Below, one piece after another: positions 40,476 to 49,677 of a stretch of DNA of 64,000 nucleotides (positions within the stretch are counted from its first letter, which is position 1; each line of letters begins with the position of its first letter). Made by a program: the position numbers and the translations under genes. The notes under the pieces were generated by a model. It was given only the letters and a program-made list of their open reading frames with translations, did no database searches and was not told the DNA's origin. The stretch spans positions 500,163-564,162 of the forward strand of contig CAVYNH010000007.1 in NCBI GenBank assembly GCA_963769885.1. The letters run 5' to 3'. This DNA comes from Methanobacteriota archaeon (GTDB lineage: Archaea > Thermoplasmatota > E2 > DHVEG-1).

Positions 40476-42005
40476 ATGAAGAACGAACTCAAGAACCACT
40501 GGCTTCTAGTCGTCGGCATCTGCGCACTGTTCCTGCTGACGTCCGTAGCCTCGGGCAACGTACCGAAGACCACCACGGTGTCGACTCCGGCGCCGGCGAC
40601 GACGAACTACATCGGGAAGCTGCCCCCGAAACAAACAACAACTTTTACCCATACGGTGTTCGCAGAAGACGGCACACGTATGCAATGCCCGTATTGTCCT
40701 TATGCGTCACAAGCATTGAAGAATATCTATGCCAGCCATAATTATCCGTTCTATTATGTTTCTTTGGTTGCCTGGTATGCGCCGGCAAATAATGGAAATG
40801 ACCACTCGTACCAACGGTGCCTGGATTATAATTTCTACGGATATCCCACGGTCTGGTTTGATGGTGGATATAACGTTCAACTTGGCGGATATAGTGGCAA
40901 CGAAAATGATTACCGAAACGCCATACAGCAGTGCGGTAACAGAGCAGTGAGCAACATTGATGTTACCCTCAATGTAACCTGGCTTGGAAACGCGGCTATG
41001 ACTATCACGCCATCTGTTAAAAACAATGAAGCAACCCAATATAATGGACATATTCGAGTTTATGTCACTGTAGTAGACGCATCAATGTTTGGATGGATTG
41101 ATACCTGGGGGAACCCGTATAGAATGGCGTTTTTAGATTATGCACAAAATACTGATATTACTGTTAATGCTGGAGGCACTTGGACAAACACCATGACTTG
41201 GGATGGCCACAACTATAACAATGGTCATGGCACTACTTTTGGTTCAATCCAATATGGAAACATCGAGGTTATTGCAGTGGTGTTCAACTCTGCCCCACAC
41301 CAGGGGTATTCATATCCACCAAGCAGTTATCCATTCACTGCTTATTGGGTCGATAATTGCACTGGGGTCTGGGTAGGAACAAACCAACCACCAACGGTGC
41401 CAAGTAGTCCGAACCCATCCAATGGAAGCATCAATGTCGATATCACAAAAAAATTAAGTTGGACTTGCACTGACCCAGAAGGAGACCCATTGACATACGA
41501 TGTCTACTTTGGAACATCGAATCCACCACCACTAAAAGCATCTGGCGTCACAACGAATACTTATAACCAGGGTACAATGGCTTACTCGACCACATACTAT
41601 TGGAAGATAGTTGCTTATGATAATGCGGGTCACACAACAGAGGGACCAGTTTGGGTATTCACCACGGCAAACGAGCCTGACACCACACCTCCGACCGTAT
41701 TCTTGGCAAAGCCAAAAAACGCATATCTCTATCTGTTCGACAACAATGGGACGAGCAGGCCTATAATCCAGAAGACATTAATCATAGGAAAAATTACTGT
41801 CATTGCAGAGGCCACAGATGCTGGTTCTGGAGTAAAGAATGTCGCTGTATTCATCGATGGGAATTTCAAGGTCAACGTCACCACGCCGCCATACACTTTC
41901 CTGTGGAATACATTTTCATTTGGCCAACACACGGTGAACGTGATAGCGTATGATAACAGTGGCAATACAGCAGCGGCATCAGTCCAAGCATTAAAGATAG
42001 GGTAG
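40476..42005 (+). CDS. Secreted thioredoxin-like CPYC protein (Omp28-like) with Fn3/Ig-like domains
   Basis: Signal peptide, THTVFAE.GT..CPYC, GYPTVWFDGG, DP.GD.LTYDVYFG, C-terminal Ig-like domain. Confidence 0.85.
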   Translation: MKNELKNHWLLVVGICALFLLTSVASGNVPKTTTVSTPAPATTNYIGKLPPKQTTTFTHTVFAEDGTRMQCPYCPYASQALKNIYASHNYPFYYVSLVAWYAPANNGNDHSYQRCLDYNFYGYPTVWFDGGYNVQLGGYSGNENDYRNAIQQCGNRAVSNIDVTLNVTWLGNAAMTITPSVKNNEATQYNGHIRVYVTVVDASMFGWIDTWGNPYRMAFLDYAQNTDITVNAGGTWTNTMTWDGHNYNNGHGTTFGSIQYGNIEVIAVVFNSAPHQGYSYPPSSYPFTAYWVDNCTGVWVGTNQPPTVPSSPNPSNGSINVDITKKLSWTCTDPEGDPLTYDVYFGTSNPPPLKASGVTTNTYNQGTMAYSTTYYWKIVAYDNAGHTTEGPVWVFTTANEPDTTPPTVFLAKPKNAYLYLFDNNGTSRPIIQKTLIIGKITVIAEATDAGSGVKNVAVFIDGNFKVNVTTPPYTFLWNTFSFGQHTVNVIAYDNSGNTAAASVQALKIG

Positions 42006-42041
42006 GAAACTACCTTTCTTCTATCTTATTTACATACAAAA

Positions 42042-43449
42042 ATGAAGAGCTGGCTTCTGGTCATCGGCATCTGCGCCCTGTTCCTGCTGACGTCCTTAGC
42101 CTCGGGCAACGTAACCAAAACCACTACCCAGTCGACGCCGACGCTAGTGACGACGAACTACACTGGAAAGCTGCGCGTGTTCATCGCCGAACCCCTCTCT
42201 CGGTGGAACATGCATGACGGCAACCCGTACCACTTCGGCTGTCTCGGCATTCCCACCCAGACTGATATCTCAATCCCGTACCATACCTGGTACGACCAGA
42301 ACTTCACCTGGACCGGCTCGTTCAGCGACAACAACATCATGGTGATGGCCGCGGTCTATAACTCGGAGGGGCACACTGCGTACTCCTACCCGCCAAGCAG
42401 CTACCCTTTCACAGCCCACTACGTTGACGCCATGGCCGCTGCCAACCCAGGGGCGACCGGCTACAACCAGGCCCAGACCGGCTTCACCCACACCGTGTTT
42501 GCCGAAGAGGCGACTGCCACCTGGTGCCCCCAATGCCCCAGCATGGCCGGCTACTTCTACCAGGTATATGAGAGCCACACCTATCCCTTCTACTTCATCT
42601 CGCTCGTTGGGGATATGAACTCACAGGCCTACTCCCACCTGGTCTCTGACTACAACCTCTATAATTACCCCACGGGGTATTTCGACGGCGGCTATAAAGT
42701 CCTGTACGGCCCCCAGTACAACGTGACCCCCACCGTCACGAACATCATCTCCTCTGGGGCGCTTGCGGTCGCGGACCTCAACTTCAGCGTCTCCTGCACC
42801 ATCATCAGCTCCGGCACGCAGCTCAAGTACCGCGTCCGGATCTACAGCAACTATGTCTCTCAGTTCCCTGAGACCCCAGCGGCGCCTGACGGACCGACCA
42901 GCGGGCTCGTCGGCTACCCCTACCAGTTCAGCGCGATCACCACGGACCCCCAGAACGACCCCATGTACTACTGGTTCGACTGGGGTGACGGCACGAACAG
43001 CGGCTGGGTCGGCCCGTTCAGCGCCGGCGTCGCCGGCACCGCGTCCCACAGCTGGACGTACACCGGGAACTACGCGGTCAAGGTGAAGGCCAAGGATCCC
43101 GCCGGCCATGAGACCGCCTTCTCTTCGACGACCACCATCGTCATCACAGGGATCAGTACCCGAAATCTCGATGACCGCGGTAAAGGGTACGATCAACGCC
43201 ACAATCCGGAACCCCGGCGGCATCGACTACACCAGCCTCGCCTGGCACATCGTCATCAAGGGCGGCATCTTCCACCTCATCAACATCAACAACAGCGGCT
43301 CCATCGCCCTGCTGCCCGCCGGCGACACGACCCATATCCAGTCAGACAGCGTCTTCGGCCTCGGCAAGGTCACCATCTCAGTAGAGGCCGGCGACTCGAT
43401 CGCGAACAAGAACGGATTCGTCTTCGGGCCAATCCTCAAACTCACGTAA
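42042..43449 (+). CDS. Secreted CPQC thioredoxin-like paralogue (circularly permuted) with PKD domain; +1 frameshift at about 43149-43161
   Basis: THTVFAEEATATWCPQC, YWFDWGDG; the C-terminal domain continues in ORF 43108-43449. Confidence 0.82.
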
Positions 43450-43605
43450 ACCGGCCCCTGGAGCTGGCATGCGCGGCACGACGCGATGCCCCTCCTTTCT
43501 CCCTTTTTTCTTTCCTTTCCGACCCCAGTCGTGGACAGATAAATTATTAAACACGAGGCATAATAAACGATACAGAACCATACAAAGTATCGGAGGACCA
43601 CCCCT

Positions 43606-45753
43606 ATGAAGAAGAGGCTTTCTATCGGAGTTACCCTGGCCATCACCGTGCTGCTGCTGGGCACCGCACTCCCACGCCTAGCCGCAGCAATGCAGGACTC
43701 ATCGTCCACCATCACCCTGACTTATCCCTTTGCCACGCCGCAGATCTCCACGGTCGATATTGAGCAGACCCGGTACGACACGGTGAGCATCGCGGGCGCC
43801 CCCAACATCGGCCGCGCCGGAGACCCCAGCCTGCCCGCCGCCCCCGCCTATATCCTGCTACCACCCAAGACCACCGTAGCGACAGTCACTATCCACGGCA
43901 CGGCGACATCACTCGGTACAGGCTACCACATCGTCCCCGTCAGCGACACCCTTCCGCTCACCGCCGATCCTCGGCCTCCCACCCCCAACCCCAACGTCTA
44001 CTCCCAGGACACCGCCATCCCCGTGCACCAGTACCAACTCGAAGGCGTCTACCAGCAACGCGGCTTCACCATCCTCGTCCTCTCCCTGTACCCAGTCCAG
44101 TATCGGCCTGTCTCCGGCGAGTTATCCTTCTGCCCCTCTCTTGAGGTGACCGTGAGTCTCGCCCCAGCGGCAGCCTCACCACTCTACAGAGGCCTTCCAC
44201 AGGACTTCAACTTGATTCGCACCCGGGTCGACAACCCCTCCATGCTCTCCGCCTACCAGCCGAAGACCGCCGCCCGGTCTACCGCAGATGTTCTCATCCT
44301 TACGACGACCGCGCTGCAGCCCGGGTTTGCACCCCTCGCCGCTGAGCACAACGCCACCGGCAAAAAAACGATTATCCGCACCCTCACCGATGTCGGCGGC
44401 AGCGACACCGAGATGATCCGCACCTACATCCGCACCCAATATACGACCCTGGGGATCTCCTATGTGCTCCTCGGGGGAGACGACGGCGTCGTCCCCGACC
44501 GACAACTCTGGGTCGAAGGCATGGATGAAGGAACGACCCACTACGAAGACTTCATGCCCAGCGACATTTACTACGGCTGTCTCGACGGCCCTTACAACTA
44601 CGACGGCGACAACAAATGGGGCGAGCCTAACGATGGGACGAACGGCGGGGACGTTGACCTCATGGCCGAGGTGTACGTCGGCCGCGCCTGCGTCGACAAC
44701 AGCGCGAACGTAGCCGCCTTCGTCGCCAAGACCGTCTCCTATTTGAATACCACCAACGACTCGTACCTGAGGAAAACCCTCCTCGCCGGCGAGTACCTCG
44801 GGGACTATGGGATCGCCTCCTACGGCTCCAGCTACATGGAACAGCTCATGAACGGCTCAACCGCCGACAACTACACCACGGTAGGCATCCCCGCGTCCGT
44901 CTACCAGGTCCAGCGGCTCTACGATGAGGTCGGCTGGTCCGCCTACGACATGATGCAGGCCATCGACAACGGCGTACACTTCATCAACCATCTTGGTCAC
45001 GCGAACGAACAATACAACATGAAGATGGACATGTCGGACGTCGACGCGTTGACGAACACCAAGTACTGTTTCATCTACTCGCAGGGCTGTTACTCGGGCG
45101 CGTTCGATGACATGGAATGCATGGCTGAGGAGTTCACGGCCAAGACCATCCATGGCGCGTTCGCCGGCGTCTGGAACGCCCGCTACGGGTTCTTCTGGTC
45201 GTTCAGCACCGATGGGGATTCCCAGCGGCTGCACCGCCAGTTCTGGGATGCGGTGTTTGGCGAGAATAAGACCACCGTCGGCGCGGCGAACCATGACTGC
45301 AAGGAGGATAACCTCTATATCATCACCCGGTCCTGCATCCGATGGTGCATCTATCAGACAAACCTCTTCGGCGACCCCGCGGCCGACCTGATCAGCAACG
45401 TCGCGCCACCACCGCCACCACCACCACCTGTTTGGCCTCCTCATACCTCCATAGTCAATGTGACCGGTGGCAAGGCTGTCCTGCATTTCACCATCGCGAA
45501 TGTCGGGAATGTAACCGCGGAGAATGTCACCTGGCATGTTCAGATTACTGGCGGGATCTTCCACCGGATTAGCCTCGCTGGAAACGGTGGCCCGTTTAAC
45601 CTCAGCGTCAATGAGACAAAGACCGAGGACAGGTCGTTAGGACTCTTTGGCTTGGGGAGCGTCACGGTCCAGGTGAACGTGTCGTACGCGGCCCAATGGA
45701 ACGGGACTGGCTTCGCGCTGGGGCCGTATCTGCTGAAAGTCGCGAAGGTTTAG
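43606..45753 (+). CDS. Gingipain-like C25 family cysteine peptidase with propeptide
   Basis: G.P.LP propeptide, YVLLGGD, SDIYYGCLDG, VYVGR, catalytic NHLGH and YSQGC, NLFGDP. Confidence 0.93.
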   Translation: MKKRLSIGVTLAITVLLLGTALPRLAAAMQDSSSTITLTYPFATPQISTVDIEQTRYDTVSIAGAPNIGRAGDPSLPAAPAYILLPPKTTVATVTIHGTATSLGTGYHIVPVSDTLPLTADPRPPTPNPNVYSQDTAIPVHQYQLEGVYQQRGFTILVLSLYPVQYRPVSGELSFCPSLEVTVSLAPAAASPLYRGLPQDFNLIRTRVDNPSMLSAYQPKTAARSTADVLILTTTALQPGFAPLAAEHNATGKKTIIRTLTDVGGSDTEMIRTYIRTQYTTLGISYVLLGGDDGVVPDRQLWVEGMDEGTTHYEDFMPSDIYYGCLDGPYNYDGDNKWGEPNDGTNGGDVDLMAEVYVGRACVDNSANVAAFVAKTVSYLNTTNDSYLRKTLLAGEYLGDYGIASYGSSYMEQLMNGSTADNYTTVGIPASVYQVQRLYDEVGWSAYDMMQAIDNGVHFINHLGHANEQYNMKMDMSDVDALTNTKYCFIYSQGCYSGAFDDMECMAEEFTAKTIHGAFAGVWNARYGFFWSFSTDGDSQRLHRQFWDAVFGENKTTVGAANHDCKEDNLYIITRSCIRWCIYQTNLFGDPAADLISNVAPPPPPPPPVWPPHTSIVNVTGGKAVLHFTIANVGNVTAENVTWHVQITGGIFHRISLAGNGGPFNLSVNETKTEDRSLGLFGLGSVTVQVNVSYAAQWNGTGFALGPYLLKVAKV

Positions 45754-45798
45754 GAGAACAAACCCTTTAAAGCGCGGCAGCGGTTCGGGAGAAGCGGA

Positions 45799-46776
45799 AT
45801 GCCCAGATCGCTGCCGCGTTGGGTCAAGCTCCTACTGCCGTTTATCGGGTTAGCCTTCTTCGTCTATCTTATCTATATGTTGGACGTCCGCAGCATTGTT
45901 GCCGCGTTCTTTAGAATCAATCCGGTGTACGTGCTGGCAGCGCTGTCGCTTGCGGCTCCAGTGTTGGTGCTTCGTCTGTTTGCCTGGCAGTGGATTAATC
46001 GGGCACAGCACATCAAAATTGGCTACTTGCGTCTGGCGAAGGTGTACCTCATCGGGCTGTTCTATGGGGTGGGGACGCCGGGGTACTTCGGTCAGCTGAT
46101 GCGGGTGCCGTACATGAAGAAGCCGTCGGGGGAGCCGTACGGCAAGCTTTTTGTCAACGTAACCCTAGAGACGTACATCCATACCCTGTCGTTATATGCG
46201 ATGATGGTGGTGGGGGCTGTGGTGGTCGCGAGTCTGCTGCCGCAGTTGCTATGGCTGACGATCGTGTGGGTGGGGGTGATGGTGGGGCTGTTTTTGGTAT
46301 TGAAGAAGAAGGAGCGGGGGGATGCGGTGTTCCGGCGGCTGGTGCGGTGGGGGGTGCCGGGGCGGTTCCGTGATCAGGTGAGTTCGTTTACGGATACGTT
46401 TTATCTGGATTTTCCGCATCTTCGGTCGTTCGTGGTACCGGTATTGGTGGGGGCGGTGACGTGGGTGTTGATGTTTTCGCAGGAGTATTGTATGGTGTTG
46501 GCGTTGGGGCTGCCGATTCCGTATCTGTATTATCTGGTGTTGTTCCCGATTGCGAATGTGGCGGGGTTTATCCCCATCTCGGTGGCGGGGTTGGGGACGC
46601 GGGAGTTGACGGCGGTGGTGATTTTTACGACGTTGTTTAATGTGCCGGGGGCGGAGGTGTTCGTGGTGTCGTTGGCGGGGTTCATGGTGACGGATGTGTT
46701 TTTGGCGGTGATCGGGTTTGTGTTGTCGCTGACGGAGGCGCGGCATCCGAAGGCGGTGCAGATCGTGGAGGAGTAG
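45799..46776 (+). CDS. Lysylphosphatidylglycerol-synthase TM domain / UPF0104 flippase-like protein
   Basis: Multi-TM; TPG..G...R, PIS.AGLGTRE. Confidence 0.85.
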   Translation: MPRSLPRWVKLLLPFIGLAFFVYLIYMLDVRSIVAAFFRINPVYVLAALSLAAPVLVLRLFAWQWINRAQHIKIGYLRLAKVYLIGLFYGVGTPGYFGQLMRVPYMKKPSGEPYGKLFVNVTLETYIHTLSLYAMMVVGAVVVASLLPQLLWLTIVWVGVMVGLFLVLKKKERGDAVFRRLVRWGVPGRFRDQVSSFTDTFYLDFPHLRSFVVPVLVGAVTWVLMFSQEYCMVLALGLPIPYLYYLVLFPIANVAGFIPISVAGLGTRELTAVVIFTTLFNVPGAEVFVVSLAGFMVTDVFLAVIGFVLSLTEARHPKAVQIVEE

Positions 46777-46823
46777 GGTGTTGGTGAAGTTATTTAATGA
46801 AAAAGGGTGTTGGGGAGGTTTGT

Positions 46824-47630
46824 ATGGATAGGGTCGGGAAGTACGAGGTGCGGAGGTTTTCGGCGGCGCGCAAGAACATCGTGCTGGTGGCGAGTGAGGG
46901 GCGTCGGAAGCTGAAGTCTGATTTGCTGCTTGAGGTGGATGTGACGGAGGCCCGTGCGCGGATGCATGCCGTGAAAGGTGCTGGGGGGGATGTGTCGTTT
47001 ACGGGGTGGATTGTGAAGTGTCTGGCGCAGGCGGTGAGTGAGCATCCGGCGTTGAACAGCTATCGGCAGGGGCGCCGGAAGATCGTGGTGTTTGAGGATG
47101 TGGATGTGCCGGTGACGGTGGAGCGTGAGGTCGGGGGTGATGTGCGGCCGTTGGCTCATATCGTGCGCCGGGCGCAGGCGAAGAGTCTGGCGGAGATCAC
47201 TCGTGAGATTCGGGGGTTGCAGGCTGAGGGGGTGGATGCGGGGTCGCAGGTGTTGGGGGCGGAGTTGACGGGGTTTGAGCGGTTCGTGTTGGGGTCGCCG
47301 GTGTGGGTGCGGCGGTTGTTTGTCGGGGTGTTTCGGTATCGGGGGTTGATGAAGAAGGAGCATTTCGGGACGGTGGCGGTGACCGCGATTGGGATGAAGG
47401 GGCGTCTGCCGGGGTGGGTGATCCCGCTGGGTGGTCCGGTGACGACGCTGGTGGCGGTCGGTGGGATTTCGACGAAGCCGGGGGTGGCCGATGGTGTGGT
47501 GGTGCCGCGGGAGTTCTTGCATCTGACGGTGACCGTGGATCATGCGGTGGTGGATGGGGGGCCGTTGACGCGGTTCGCGGAGCGGTTCGTGGGGTTGTTG
47601 GAGTCGGCTGCGTTCCTGGAGCAGGCATAA
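46824..47630 (+). CDS. Stand-alone 2-oxoacid dehydrogenase acyltransferase (E2 catalytic domain)
   Basis: EVDVT, SFT, HPALN, GTV.VT.IG, DHAVVDGGP. Confidence 0.85.
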   Translation: MDRVGKYEVRRFSAARKNIVLVASEGRRKLKSDLLLEVDVTEARARMHAVKGAGGDVSFTGWIVKCLAQAVSEHPALNSYRQGRRKIVVFEDVDVPVTVEREVGGDVRPLAHIVRRAQAKSLAEITREIRGLQAEGVDAGSQVLGAELTGFERFVLGSPVWVRRLFVGVFRYRGLMKKEHFGTVAVTAIGMKGRLPGWVIPLGGPVTTLVAVGGISTKPGVADGVVVPREFLHLTVTVDHAVVDGGPLTRFAERFVGLLESAAFLEQA

Positions 47631-47675
47631 TTTTTTATAGGCTTTTTCGTATTAAATTGCCTGGAGGTTTCTCCG

Positions 47676-48941
47676 ATGAAAGGCGTGGTTGTCTTCAGTG
47701 TAGTTCTCGTCGGCTGTGTATTGGTCTCAAGTGGGTTTGTTGGTGTGGTGAGGCCGGTGGTTGCGGCACAGGCTCCGGCGGCAGATTCGTTCGATGCGGT
47801 TATGACTCGGGTGATGAGCCTGGGTCACATCTCTGGGGCGTCGGCCGCGATCGTGGAGAACGAGTCAATGGTCTGGGCGGAGGGCTACGGGCTGGCGAAC
47901 CGGGAGACGAGTCTGGTGGCGGCGCCGGCGTCGATTTATCTGGTGGCGTCGATTTCGAAGACGATGACGGCGACGGCGCTGATGCAGCTATATGAGCAGG
48001 GGTTGTTCGGGCTGGATGATGATATCTCGTCGTACCTCGGGTTCACGCTGAGGAACCCGGCGTTTCCGGATGTGCCGGTGACGTTCCGGATGCTGCTGGC
48101 GCACCATTCGAGTTTGGCGACGGATCCGGTGACGGACTTCACTAGGGTCTTCCCCGCGGATCTGCAGATAACGGGGTATCCTGACCCGTTCTATCGGGAG
48201 CTTCTGGTCCCGGGCGGCCTGCATTACATCCCGCAGATGTGGTCCTTGGATGCGCCGGGGTCTGCGATGCATTACGCGAACCTCGGCTTCGGGGTGCTTG
48301 GGTTCCTGGTGGAGCGGCTGTCCGGCGAGAACTTCTCGGCGTACTGCCGGGAGCATATCTTCCTGCCGTTGGAGATGGAGAACACGAGTTTTTGGATTGG
48401 TGATTTGAATGCGAGCCGTCTGGCGCGGCCGTACCAGTACCTCTCGGGTGGGTACGAGCCGTACATGCAGTACACGATGCTGGATTATCCGGCGGGCGGC
48501 CTGCGGACGACGGTCGTGGACCTCTCCCATTTCCTCATCGCGCAGATGAACCAGGGGCGGTACAAGGATGTCCAGCTCTTGTCGCCGGAGACGATCGCGT
48601 TGATGCATACGCCGCAGTACCAGAACCACTCCGGGTACGACTTCACGTACGGGCTGGGGTTCCAGATTTGGGAGCATGATTCGGGTAACGAGGTCGGGCA
48701 TTCCGGCGGGCTGTACGGCGTCTCCACCTTCATGCGGTTCCAGGAGGGCCATGGGACCGGGGTGATCCTGTTTTGTAACCGGCAGACGCAGACGCTGCGC
48801 GACCGGTTCACGTTCGCAGTGCTGGTCGCCTGCCTCAGCTCCAAGGCCAGGCACCTCGGTGGGCCCGTGGGAGTCTCCCTGTTCGAAGCCTTGTCGGAGA
48901 CGAGGATGGTAGGGGTGGATTTTCCTGGTTTATCAAGGTGA
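47676..48941 (+). CDS. Secreted serine hydrolase, beta-lactamase/S12 family
   Basis: SISK (SxxK), LLAHHS, YAN (YxN), PAGGL, GHSG. Confidence 0.92.
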   Translation: MKGVVVFSVVLVGCVLVSSGFVGVVRPVVAAQAPAADSFDAVMTRVMSLGHISGASAAIVENESMVWAEGYGLANRETSLVAAPASIYLVASISKTMTATALMQLYEQGLFGLDDDISSYLGFTLRNPAFPDVPVTFRMLLAHHSSLATDPVTDFTRVFPADLQITGYPDPFYRELLVPGGLHYIPQMWSLDAPGSAMHYANLGFGVLGFLVERLSGENFSAYCREHIFLPLEMENTSFWIGDLNASRLARPYQYLSGGYEPYMQYTMLDYPAGGLRTTVVDLSHFLIAQMNQGRYKDVQLLSPETIALMHTPQYQNHSGYDFTYGLGFQIWEHDSGNEVGHSGGLYGVSTFMRFQEGHGTGVILFCNRQTQTLRDRFTFAVLVACLSSKARHLGGPVGVSLFEALSETRMVGVDFPGLSR

Positions 48942-49008
48942 GTAGAAACCTTTATACCACTCTGGAATCCTTTGGATTCGACAAGAAAAAACGCGTGTGA
49001 TTCGCCCT

Positions 49009-49545
49009 ATGACTAAGGCTGCTGTACGACGGTGCATTGACTGCGGTGCGGATATCTCCAGCTTGCACCATAACGCGAAGCGCTGCGCCGCCTGCAGCAA
49101 GAAACGCAAACAGCTGCAGGACCGCTCCAGGCTGAAAGAGAAGCGGGACCGGACCGTCAAATGGCTGTCGTTCGTCGAGGAGCCAGGGACCAACGAGGTC
49201 TCGCATCGGAGCGCCAAGGGCAGCAAGCTGCGGTACTGGCTGGACCGGATCTGCAAGGAGCTGTCGGTCCAGGAGCTGGATTTTCTGTTGCTGCTGTGGG
49301 ACTGGCGGATCCGTGACCCGGATGTGTCGACGACGAGGAAGCGGGAGTACCGGACGTGCGCGGGCATTGTGCGCGACTGGCGGGACTACAACGTCGTCAA
49401 GCAGGTGTTCGACAACGTGTCGTTCAGCGCGGAGACCGGCGTGATTTTCAACACCGATGGGACGTACCTGACCGTGGATTTCGACGAGGACAAGGACAAC
49501 TATGTCGTCCGCAACGCCGAAGGCACCGTCATCTGCCAATACTAA
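49009..49545 (+). CDS. Hypothetical protein with N-terminal zinc ribbon
   Basis: CIDC...RCAAC followed by a basic helix. Confidence 0.7.
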   Translation: MTKAAVRRCIDCGADISSLHHNAKRCAACSKKRKQLQDRSRLKEKRDRTVKWLSFVEEPGTNEVSHRSAKGSKLRYWLDRICKELSVQELDFLLLLWDWRIRDPDVSTTRKREYRTCAGIVRDWRDYNVVKQVFDNVSFSAETGVIFNTDGTYLTVDFDEDKDNYVVRNAEGTVICQY

Positions 49546-49677
49546 ATAACGGTGTTTTACTTTTCGAGCCACACAATAAAATCTATAGTTATCGTTTTGT
49601 TTTGGTTTTGTTGAGCGCACGATGTGCTACTGTGATAAAAAGAAATAAAAAAAGAGGAAAACAGGCTTAGTGCCTGA

